Below are positions 7,544 to 15,918 of a DNA stretch of 64,000 bases, one piece after another. The stretch covers positions 110-64,109 of the forward strand of contig JAOUGX010000004.1 of NCBI GenBank assembly GCA_029865385.1, read 5' to 3'. Made by a program: the position numbers and the translations under genes. Source of the DNA: Gammaproteobacteria bacterium. Its GTDB lineage: Bacteria; Pseudomonadota; Gammaproteobacteria; Steroidobacterales; Woeseiaceae. The notes beneath the pieces are model-generated. The model ran no database searches. It was not told the DNA's origin and saw only the letters and a program-made list of their open reading frames with translations. How positions within the stretch are numbered: the first letter of the stretch is position 1; the number at the start of each line of letters is the position of its first letter.

Positions 7544-10255
7544 TCAGGGTGCGGGCGTCAAACCCCTGACCAGCGGCCCCAGCAAGAGCGGAACGAAACT
7601 CATCGAGATAATCAGCAGCCAGCCGCTTGCGCGAGGGCTTGTGAGACTGAGCAATAGCTGTAGCCCCGGTATATGGACGGCCGCGATGACCAGAACCAGG
7701 CAAATGGCCAGCGCCGCCCAGATCCAGGCATTGGCTGTGATTTCATTCCTCAGGAAGCTGCTGCCGGATGCGCGCATATTGAATACATGCCAGAGCTGGG
7801 CCAGTGCCAAGGTCGTGAACGACACCGTCACCGCTTGCTCGTATTCGAATTGCAGCACTTGCACCGCGACAGCCATGGCGATCAATACCGTCGCTGCCAT
7901 GAGCACTCCATAGGCCAGAATCCTGACCCAGTGCGTGCGTGTCAGGACCGGCTCGCCGGCAGGCCTCGGCCTCGCATTCATCAATTGTTCCGATCCGCGG
8001 CCCACGCCTAACGCCAGCGCCGGAAAGACATCGGTCACGAGGTTCAGGAACAGTATCTGCAATGGCAGCAACGGCAGCGGCGCACCGGCAAGGGTTGCGA
8101 TGCTGACGATCAGGATCTCACCGATATTGCAGGACAGCAGGTAGACGACGAATTTGCGGATATTGGCGTAAATCGCCCGCCCTTGCGACACGGCCTCGAC
8201 GATGGTGCCGAATTCATCGTCCTGAAGGATCATGTGTGCCGCTTCTTTTGCGACCGCGGTACCGCGCACTCCCATGGCCACGCCGATATCGGCTTTGCGC
8301 AGGGCCGGTGCATCGTTCACGCCGTCGCCGGTCATTGCAACGACATGACCCAGTTGCTGATAGCGCTCGATCAGATCGTATTTCTGCTCCGGCGTCGCCC
8401 GCGAAATGACCGTTGCATGCAGAAGATCATCGTCGCCCGCTATTGCGGCTGGTGGCAGCTGCGTGCGGGCATCCAGAAAACATTCCGCTGCGGATTCGCG
8501 CGTCACCAGAGCCAATTCGGTGGCGATGTTGCGCGCCGTTGCCGCATGGTCACCGGTTACCATGACGACCCGGATGCCGGCGTCGCGACACCGATCGATA
8601 GCCGCTTTGACGCCGCGCCTCGGGGGATCTTCGATCCCTACAATGCCGAGTAAACCAAGGCCTCGATAAGGCATCTCGGACGCGTCCTGCGCCGACCTGT
8701 GTGCGATGGCCAGTGTGCGAAGCCCGAGATCTCCATAAGACTCGGCAAGTTTCAGCCAGTCGGCCCGTTCTTCGTCATTCATCGGTGCAGTGCCGGACGT
8801 TGTTCGAAATTCCGTGCAGTAGTCGAGTACAGTTTCCGGCGCGCCTTTGACCGCGACACTCAATCCGGACCCGACGCGATGAAACGTCGCCATGGCTTTC
8901 GTTTGCGTATCGAAAGACTCTTCGCGAACGCGTGGCATCGTACGCAGCAAGTCGTGACGGAAAAGACTGCGTTTCGCGGCGGCAACCAGAAGCGCGATTT
9001 CGGTCGGATCGCCGACTGCCTCGACATCTTCATTGCCAACGATATTCAGTTCGGCGTTGCAGCACAGCGCTGCCGTGGTCAGCATCTGCTCGACGCGTTC
9101 GATTTCGGCGGCTGAGAGCTTCTTACTGTTGCTGTGAAACTCACCGCGGGCCTCGAGCCCGGTGCCTTCCACAGACACGGCAACGTCGCCAAGTTGCAGC
9201 GACGTCACCGTCATGCGATTTTCCGTCAATGTGCCGGTCTTGTCCGTGAGGATGATGCTCGCGGCACCGAGTGTTTCTACGGCGGACAATCGCGCGATCA
9301 GTGCATTTCGTTTCGCCATCCGCCACATGCCGCGTGCCAGCGCGATGGTGGCAACGATGGGCAAACCCTCCGGGATGGCGGCTACCGCCAGAGCGATGGC
9401 GACTTCGATCGCCAGGATGGTGTCCTGCCCTTTTATCGCACCCGCTGCGGCCACAAGTACGGCAATGACCAGCACGGCACGAACCAGTCGTGCGGCCAGC
9501 GCATTGAGGCGATGCTCGAGCGGAGTGCTCTGCGATTTCGCAGCCGTCACCAGTTGCGAGATTCTGCCCAGCTCGGTGTCGAGTCCTGTTGCAACGACCA
9601 CGGCGGTTCCAGCGCCGCGCGTCACGGCAGACCCCTTGAAGAACATGTTGCTGCGTTCGGTAAGCGATGTCTCCGACGGCAGCGCATCCGCTTGTTTGGC
9701 CACCGGGACGGACTCGCCGGTCAACGTCGATTCGTCCGCCTGCAATTTGGAACCGTCGATGATCCGCAGGTCGGCGGTCACGATGTCGCCACCCTCGAGG
9801 AGAACGATGTCGCCGGGTACCAGTTGTTCCGCCGGCAGACGCATGCTGCGACCGTCGCGGCGAACCACGGTATCGACCCTACCCAGCGTCCGCAGCGCTT
9901 CCATCGAACGGATGGCATGCCGCTCGGTAACGAAACCGATCGCGCCATTGATGAAAACAACGGCCAGGATGGCGATTCCCTCGACCGTATCGCCGAACGA
10001 CATGGATACTGCAGCCGCGGCAACGAGGAGTACGACGACCACGCTCCTGACCTGGTCGAAAAGAATGGACCAGGCGTTCCTGCGGCCGGTGGCGCGCAGC
10101 TCGTTCGGACCGTAATGCAGTTGCCGCGCCCTGAATTCGGGTTCGCGGAGGCCGGTATCGACTTGCACCTGCAGTGCATTCAGCAGGTCCGCAGCCGGTA
10201 GCGCCCATGGACACTCCGGTGCCCGCGGCGGATCGGACGGTATGGGCTTCGTCAT
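7544..10255 (-). CDS. Cation-translocating P-type ATPase (type II, Ca2+/Mg2+-like)
   Basis: 903 aa with DKTGTLTENRM, PEGLP, MVTGDHAATA and MTGDGVNDAPAL motifs, and about 10 TM segments. Confidence 0.92.
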   Translation of the reverse strand: MTKPIPSDPPRAPECPWALPAADLLNALQVQVDTGLREPEFRARQLHYGPNELRATGRRNAWSILFDQVRSVVVVLLVAAAAVSMSFGDTVEGIAILAVVFINGAIGFVTERHAIRSMEALRTLGRVDTVVRRDGRSMRLPAEQLVPGDIVLLEGGDIVTADLRIIDGSKLQADESTLTGESVPVAKQADALPSETSLTERSNMFFKGSAVTRGAGTAVVVATGLDTELGRISQLVTAAKSQSTPLEHRLNALAARLVRAVLVIAVLVAAAGAIKGQDTILAIEVAIALAVAAIPEGLPIVATIALARGMWRMAKRNALIARLSAVETLGAASIILTDKTGTLTENRMTVTSLQLGDVAVSVEGTGLEARGEFHSNSKKLSAAEIERVEQMLTTAALCCNAELNIVGNEDVEAVGDPTEIALLVAAAKRSLFRHDLLRTMPRVREESFDTQTKAMATFHRVGSGLSVAVKGAPETVLDYCTEFRTTSGTAPMNDEERADWLKLAESYGDLGLRTLAIAHRSAQDASEMPYRGLGLLGIVGIEDPPRRGVKAAIDRCRDAGIRVVMVTGDHAATARNIATELALVTRESAAECFLDARTQLPPAAIAGDDDLLHATVISRATPEQKYDLIERYQQLGHVVAMTGDGVNDAPALRKADIGVAMGVRGTAVAKEAAHMILQDDEFGTIVEAVSQGRAIYANIRKFVVYLLSCNIGEILIVSIATLAGAPLPLLPLQILFLNLVTDVFPALALGVGRGSEQLMNARPRPAGEPVLTRTHWVRILAYGVLMAATVLIAMAVAVQVLQFEYEQAVTVSFTTLALAQLWHVFNMRASGSSFLRNEITANAWIWAALAICLVLVIAAVHIPGLQLLLSLTSPRASGWLLIISMSFVPLLLGPLVRGLTPAP

Positions 10256-10273
10256 TTCCTGCCGGTATCCAGA

Positions 10274-11263
10274 CTACCGGCAGGATTCGTCGAACAGCGG
10301 CGTACCGGCTTTGTCATGCCACTCACAGATTCCTTCGAATATCTCGCTGGCAGTTTCCGCATACCAGAAAAGCTCGAGATCTTCCGGATCGACGACACCT
10401 TCACTTAACAGATACTCGGGGTCGAACAGTTTTCGCCAGTACTCCTCGCCGACGAGTACTACCGGCAGTGGTTCGATCTTGCGCGTCTGTATCAGCATCA
10501 GTGTCTCGAACAGCTCATCGAGCGTGCCGAAACCGCCAGGAAAAACGACCAGCGCTTTGGCCCGCATCAGGAAATGCAGTTTGCGGATCGCGAAATAGCG
10601 CACGCTGAAGCACAATTCGGGCGACACGTAGGGATTCGGAAATTGCTCGAACGGCAGCAGGATATTCAGCCCGATACTTTTTGCATCGACGTCGAACGCA
10701 CCGCGATTTGCCGCTTCCATAATGCCCGGTCCGCCGCCGGTCATGAGCACAGGTCCGCAACCGCCAGCTCTTTTTCCCGCATTGCCAACCAGCGTACCGA
10801 ACTCGCGCGCAACATCGTAGTAACGACTTTTTTCGAGCACGCGACCTGCAATCTGGCACTGCCTAGCAAGCTTGCTGTCGTCCGGTTGCGCGTCGGTCTT
10901 GTGGCGAGCCAGCTCAAAGCGGCGCTGCGCCTCGGATGGCTCCGGGATACGCGTACTGCCGAATACGACGATGGTTTTGTCGATGCCATGTCGCTGCAAC
11001 AGGGTTTCGGGCTTCAGGAAGTCGAGTTCCAGCCGCGGGCCGCGGGTTTCGTCGTAATCCAGGAATGCCGGATCCTGATCCGCCGCACGATAAGTATCGC
11101 TTTCGAGGATAGCACGAAGCCTTTCAGCGGCGAGAGGATCGTCCGCAACGGATTTCGGTTCCTGAACGGGCAGCTGCTCCGCGCGGCGCAGCGGATGTGC
11201 CGGGTCGGGTACGCGCCGTTTGCCGATGTTGGCCGTAAACGACGCACTTTTCTTATCGCTCAT
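10274..11263 (-). CDS. LOG family (TIGR00730-type) nucleotide phosphoribohydrolase-like protein with N-terminal extension
   Basis: GGGPGIMEAANRGA and PGGFGTLDELFETL motifs. At 329 aa it is longer than minimal LOG proteins. Confidence 0.85.
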   Translation of the reverse strand: MSDKKSASFTANIGKRRVPDPAHPLRRAEQLPVQEPKSVADDPLAAERLRAILESDTYRAADQDPAFLDYDETRGPRLELDFLKPETLLQRHGIDKTIVVFGSTRIPEPSEAQRRFELARHKTDAQPDDSKLARQCQIAGRVLEKSRYYDVAREFGTLVGNAGKRAGGCGPVLMTGGGPGIMEAANRGAFDVDAKSIGLNILLPFEQFPNPYVSPELCFSVRYFAIRKLHFLMRAKALVVFPGGFGTLDELFETLMLIQTRKIEPLPVVLVGEEYWRKLFDPEYLLSEGVVDPEDLELFWYAETASEIFEGICEWHDKAGTPLFDESCR

Positions 11264-11288
11264 CGGTCGGTACCTCTTCGACGCATCA

Positions 11289-12680
11289 TCAGCGACCGAC
11301 GACGACGGTCATGCCGCGTTCGGCAACCGTGACCGGCGCTTGCAGCCGCGAACGAAGCGCCGAAGCGAGCGCTTCCTGAGCTCCGGGCTCACCGTGCACG
11401 AGGTAAACCGGTGGCCGGTTTTCGAATGCGCCGTACCAGTCGACGAGGCCTGCCTGATCCGCATGTGCGGACAGGCCACCAATCGTATGAATTTTCGCTT
11501 TCACGATGACTTTCTCGCCCCACAGTTTGACGCTCGGCACGCCATCGACGAGGCGCCGACCGAGTGTGCCCTCGGCCTGGTAGCCGACTATGACCAGGTG
11601 GCATTCCTTCCGCCACAAGTTATTTTTCAAGTGATGATGTATGCGCCCGCCACTGCACATGCCGCTGCCGGCAATGATGATCGCGCCGGACCGAATGCGA
11701 TTGATGCTCATCGACTCCTCGGTCGACATCGTGGCATGAAAATTTGGCAGGTCAGGTGTCGATGCGCCGGGCGAAAACAGCTTGGCTCCATATAAATGGC
11801 GATACTGCGCATAGGTATGTGTTGCGTCTATGGCCATGGGGCTGTCCAGAAAGATCTGCCAGTCGGATAGCTTCCAGTCGTCGTAGTGCTCGGACATCAG
11901 GTACAAAAGGTCCTGTGTCCGGCCGACGGTGAATGCCGGGATCAGGATATTGCCCTTGCGAGCGCTGGCTTCTGCGAAAAGTCCGGCCAGTTCCTCGATA
12001 GTCTCGGCAAACGGGCGGTGCAGTCGATCGCCGTAGGTGCTTTCCATGATGACCATGTCGGCGCGCTTCAGTCTTGCCGGTGCTTCCATGACGGGAGCAT
12101 CCTGATAACCAAGATCACCACTGAATACCAGGGTCCGCATCTGCCCGCCGGATGCGTAGCTGAGTTCGACGATAGACGATCCCAGGATGTGTCCGGCATC
12201 GTGAAATCGCAGCGATAAGCCCGGTAATATCTCCTGCGATTCACCGTAGGCGAAACTGCGGAACAGCTTGAGGGACTCCTCGGCCTCGGCACGTGTGTAA
12301 AGCGGCTCGACCGGTGGCAATCCCTTGCGTTCGCGCTTGCGATTTTCCCATTCGGCGTCTTTCTCGTTCAGATAACCCGAATCCGGCAACATGATACTGC
12401 ATAGTGCGCGAGTGGCGTTTTGCGTAAATACCGGCCCTGTGTATCCGCGCTCCGCCAACAGCGGCACACGCCCCGAATGATCGATATGCGCATGGCTGAG
12501 TATGACGGCGTTGATTTCCGATATCTTCAGCGGAAACCGGTGGCGATTTCGCAGCTCGTCCTTGCGACTGCCCTGAATCTGGCCACACTCGAGCAACACT
12601 TTGTGACTGCCCGCCCGGATCAGATACATCGATCCGGTGACCTCACCCGCAGCACCAAGAAATTGCACGTCGAAGTTCAT
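11289..12680 (-). CDS. MBL-fold beta-CASP family ribonuclease (RNA-metabolising metallo-beta-lactamase)
   Basis: 463 aa; HAHIDHSG motif; the beta-CASP length and architecture resemble CPSF/RNase J-like proteins. Confidence 0.85.
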   Translation of the reverse strand: MNFDVQFLGAAGEVTGSMYLIRAGSHKVLLECGQIQGSRKDELRNRHRFPLKISEINAVILSHAHIDHSGRVPLLAERGYTGPVFTQNATRALCSIMLPDSGYLNEKDAEWENRKRERKGLPPVEPLYTRAEAEESLKLFRSFAYGESQEILPGLSLRFHDAGHILGSSIVELSYASGGQMRTLVFSGDLGYQDAPVMEAPARLKRADMVIMESTYGDRLHRPFAETIEELAGLFAEASARKGNILIPAFTVGRTQDLLYLMSEHYDDWKLSDWQIFLDSPMAIDATHTYAQYRHLYGAKLFSPGASTPDLPNFHATMSTEESMSINRIRSGAIIIAGSGMCSGGRIHHHLKNNLWRKECHLVIVGYQAEGTLGRRLVDGVPSVKLWGEKVIVKAKIHTIGGLSAHADQAGLVDWYGAFENRPPVYLVHGEPGAQEALASALRSRLQAPVTVAERGMTVVVGR

Positions 12681-12814
12681 AAGCTACGCATCGATCGCGT
12701 GTCTGCCGGAATCGGACTCATATGCACATTTCGGCCACCATAGCGCCGGCAATTCAATACGTAGATTTCGCAGCCGAAAACGGCGTGAAGATCGATTCGC
12801 AGGTCCTTCGCGAT

Positions 12815-13501
12815 TCAGCGATTCATGTAATTTAGAGCGGGATACCGGCCGCTTCGAGCCAGCAAGGCCTGTTGATCGAAATCTGCATATCGATCGTCCG
12901 GTGCCTCGGACACGATGCGATCGCGTAGTTGCTTGACTTTGATGCGGGTCTCGGACATCAGAGGAGTCAGAGCCTCTGCCCACGCCTGTTCCGTCGCCCG
13001 GACGGCGTAACCGTACAATTCGAAGTACTTCATGTACGACTCCTCGTATTGCTTCAGGAGTCGAGCGCCCTCGGGGTCGTACATAACTCTTATCAAGTGA
13101 TCAGTGGAGAGATAGCTCGAAACGGCCAGCGTGTATTGCCTGTGCTCCGTCAGAATAGCGTCGCGCAGGTCTTTCGGGCCGTAGAATATGGCAAACATCC
13201 GCTTGCGATCGCGGCCGGTCAATTGCTGCATACGTATGTGATCGATGAGAGCCTGCTTGTGCACGAGCCGAATGTCGATAGCGCGCAGCGCAAGGACCTG
13301 GGGCACTCTCTTTCTGTTCGCAGCAACCGGTCGAACGAGCTCAGCATGAACTCCTTCCCAGATTCGGTGTGTTTTCGGGTCTTCTAGTGTTTGTTGAGCG
13401 ATTCTCGCATGGCGGGCCGTATCGCTCTCGGCTGCATCCCGCAGCGCCTGTTCGGACTCGTCCATTAGTCGCTGGTGTCGACGCGACTGATAACGAAACA
13501 T
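12815..13501 (-). CDS. Hypothetical 228-aa protein, all-alpha, no family recognised
   Basis: Clean ORF with ATG 13501 preceded by GGGGG. Preceded by a 590-bp non-coding spacer. Confidence 0.6.
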   Translation of the reverse strand: MFRYQSRRHQRLMDESEQALRDAAESDTARHARIAQQTLEDPKTHRIWEGVHAELVRPVAANRKRVPQVLALRAIDIRLVHKQALIDHIRMQQLTGRDRKRMFAIFYGPKDLRDAILTEHRQYTLAVSSYLSTDHLIRVMYDPEGARLLKQYEESYMKYFELYGYAVRATEQAWAEALTPLMSETRIKVKQLRDRIVSEAPDDRYADFDQQALLARSGRYPALNYMNR

Positions 13502-14090
13502 CTGTCATACCCCCGTTCTCGCTGTTGTTGCCGACCCCTGTCCTTCGCTGACGAATCCAAAATACGTGCACTCCCGGGCCTTATCAAATAGGCAGCCGGC
13601 CGGTGGGCGCACGGAAAGCGGGAGATGGTCGGAACCGGTGTCAGCTTTGGCTGTACTGTAAAAACAATGCACCGGGGAAACAGCCGGATACGCGCATAAC
13701 CGTGAAACCGGCTTAAGAAAATCCTGCAACAGGGAGTGGCAGCAACAGGCGTGCGCCGACCTGCAGGAATACGACTTCGGCTAATGTCATGCGCGGGTAA
13801 TAATTTAGCGGCGGGTCAATAATGCTCGCTGGTACCGCACTTTCTGAGCAGCTCGCCGCAATGATTCCCGCGGCGGACGTTCCGAATGCACTGTCAAATG
13901 CGACGGATGAAGACAGTCCTCCATACATAAGCTCAAGAACGCCGGTTCAGGGTTATTGTCAACTGAAGATTTTTCTCCAAAGTCACCTGGCGTGTCGAAA
14001 ACCAGCCATTTCCTTTCGCACACTTGAGCCGGGACGATGAACGCAGCGGATGCCGTCGGCAGAGCCGGCGCTAGCCACAGTTTCCGCAGC
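13502..14090. other. Unusually long (589 bp) low-GC non-coding spacer between kdsB and the 228-aa orphan gene
   Basis: Only short unconvincing ORFs. Hand-counted GC is about 50% against about 60% in the flanks. Near-repeat GGGTAATAAT / GGGTCAATAAT at about 13795-13830. Confidence 0.5.
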
Positions 14091-14858
14091 TCAGGCAAGA
14101 ACAACTCCGTCACGCAGTTGCTTTTCGGCCATCTGGAGATCGGCTTCTGTATCGACGCCGGGTCCAGGCCGTGTCGCCGGCCGCCCAACGCGGATTTTCA
14201 TGCCCAGGTGCAACGCGCGCAATTGCTCCAGTTGCTCGCAAAGTTCAATGGCCGGCGCGGCGGCTGCAACCATTCGCAGCAATGCACCTACTCTGTAAGC
14301 GTAGATTCCGTGATGATGTAATGCCGTTTGTCCGGCAAGGCCGACCAGTTGCTCCGACCTCGCAAACGGAATTGCCGCACGGCTGAAAATCAATGCGTAG
14401 TTGTTTGTGTCTAACAGAACCTTGACGATGTTTGGATTATCGAGGTCATTGGCCGAAAGCAAAGGCGATGCCAGCGTACCTATATCCGCAGCTTCATCCT
14501 CGAGCAGGGCTGCGCACTGATCGATCAATGCGGATGGCATGGTCGGCTCGTCACCCTGCAGGTTCACGATCACCGTGTGTTGTGGCCAATTTCGAATTTT
14601 GCATACTTCCGCGATTCTGTCGCTGCCAGACAGATGCTTGGCCGAGGTCATGCAGACATCGGCACCGAACGCCTCGGCTGCTTTCGCGATGCGCTGATCG
14701 TCCGTTGCGATTACTACTTCGACAGCATCGCTCTCGCGGCCACGTTCCCACACGTGCTGCAACATCGGCTTGCCGACGAGCATGCGCAGTGGCTTGCCCG
14801 GCAATCGAGTCGACGCGTAACGCGCCGGTATTACGACGATGAATGGTTGCCTGGACAA
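14091..14858 (-). CDS. kdsB: 3-deoxy-manno-octulosonate cytidylyltransferase
   Basis: FIVVIPARYASTRLPGKPL N-terminal motif. Probable TTG start at 14858 with AGGAAGG SD 7 nt upstream, 28-nt overlap with lpxK. Track start 14981 trimmed. Confidence 0.9.
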   Translation of the reverse strand: MSRQPFIVVIPARYASTRLPGKPLRMLVGKPMLQHVWERGRESDAVEVVIATDDQRIAKAAEAFGADVCMTSAKHLSGSDRIAEVCKIRNWPQHTVIVNLQGDEPTMPSALIDQCAALLEDEAADIGTLASPLLSANDLDNPNIVKVLLDTNNYALIFSRAAIPFARSEQLVGLAGQTALHHHGIYAYRVGALLRMVAAAAPAIELCEQLEQLRALHLGMKIRVGRPATRPGPGVDTEADLQMAEKQLRDGVVLA

Positions 14859-15907
14859 AGCTCGGCCTTCCTTTTCTCGAGAAAACGGTGCAAATCCTCG
14901 AGCCAGTTCGAGCGACCGGCATTGGGAAACTTCACCGTGACGGGGACGTACCAGCAGTTCCTTACAGTCAGACCGGCGCATTTTACTGCGTCTTTTTCGG
15001 TCATGATGATCGGCAATTCATCGCCGAAATCCAGGTGCTGCGCGGTCAGCTTCAGATGGTCTCGGTAAGCGCGCGGAATGACGCGCATTCCGTGAGATTC
15101 GAGCATTCGAAAGAAACGTCGTGGATTGCCGATCGCCGCTACGGCATGGACAGGCTTGCCCGAAAAATCTCCCAATGATCGGGTTCGCTTCCCGTTCAAT
15201 TCCCGCATGTGTTTCGGCAGCAGCGAGAAGGCCGATGAATTCCGATCACTCAAGCGCCGCAGGTATGGAACGTCGACGTCCTGTCCCTCGGTTTGCACCA
15301 GAACACGATCGACTTCTTTCAGTCTTTGAACCGGTTCGCGAAGCGGACCGGCAGGAAGCATCAACCCATTACCGGTGCCGCGCACGCCATCCATGACGGC
15401 AATCTCGAAATCCCTCACCAGTCTGTAATGCTGCAGGCCGTCGTCGGCAATGACGAGATCGGCGCCTGATTCGACTGCCGCCCTGGCGGCTGCGACTCGA
15501 TCGGGATGAACGAAAACCGGGCAACGACTGCGAATCGCCATCAGCACGGCTTCGTCACCGACCTGATCCGGATCGCTTTCGGCCGTCACTTTCACCGGCT
15601 TCGGACCCACGACGCCACCGTACCCACGGCTGACGATGGCCGGCTTGTGGTCACGAACCTGCAGTTCAATCGCGAGCCAGATCGAAATCGGAGTCTTGCC
15701 CGTGCCGCCAACTGAAATATTGCCGACAACGACCACCGGAACCGGTACCCGGTGAGATTTCAGAACTCCCCTGCTGTAAAGATTTCGCCTCAGCGCCACT
15801 AATGCGGAGAAAATCACGCTAAGGGGAAAAAGCACAAATCGCCATGGCGATTTTTCGTACCAGAGCTTCTGCAGCCAGTCCCGGTCGCTACTGTTTTCTT
15901 TTACCAT
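14831..15907 (-). CDS. lpxK: Tetraacyldisaccharide 4'-kinase
   Basis: VVVGNISVGGTGKTP P-loop; 358 aa; position between msbA and kdsB. Confidence 0.93.
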   Translation of the reverse strand: MVKENSSDRDWLQKLWYEKSPWRFVLFPLSVIFSALVALRRNLYSRGVLKSHRVPVPVVVVGNISVGGTGKTPISIWLAIELQVRDHKPAIVSRGYGGVVGPKPVKVTAESDPDQVGDEAVLMAIRSRCPVFVHPDRVAAARAAVESGADLVIADDGLQHYRLVRDFEIAVMDGVRGTGNGLMLPAGPLREPVQRLKEVDRVLVQTEGQDVDVPYLRRLSDRNSSAFSLLPKHMRELNGKRTRSLGDFSGKPVHAVAAIGNPRRFFRMLESHGMRVIPRAYRDHLKLTAQHLDFGDELPIIMTEKDAVKCAGLTVRNCWYVPVTVKFPNAGRSNWLEDLHRFLEKRKAELCPGNHSSS

Positions 15908-15918
15908 TTTGCGAACCG

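Noticed and set aside
9134-10201. 355-aa and 317-aa plus-strand ORFs (9134-10201 and 9162-10115)
   Set aside because: Both are antisense to the P-type ATPase, and both translations are low-complexity.
13560-13800. A possible known riboswitch (cobalamin, TPP or glycine) or RNase P/6S/tmRNA in the spacer
   Set aside because: I could not find the conserved cores (B12 box/GCCACTG context, CTGAGA...ACCTGA, RNase P GGAAAGUCCGG, tmRNA ends) on either strand. A covariance-model scan is still needed.
13600-13975. CsrB/RsmY-like sRNA suggested by several GGA motifs in the long spacer
   Set aside because: There are about 8 GGA motifs in about 375 nt, roughly the chance expectation for this composition. 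The motifs are not in evident hairpin loops, and there is no strong terminator or GacA-box-like palindrome upstream.
13713-14040. Small ORFs inside the spacer (13713-13928 minus strand, 13822-14040 plus strand, 13805-14188 minus strand)
   Set aside because: They have no SD or start context, mutually overlap on both strands, and give unremarkable translations. One overlaps the kdsB 3' end.
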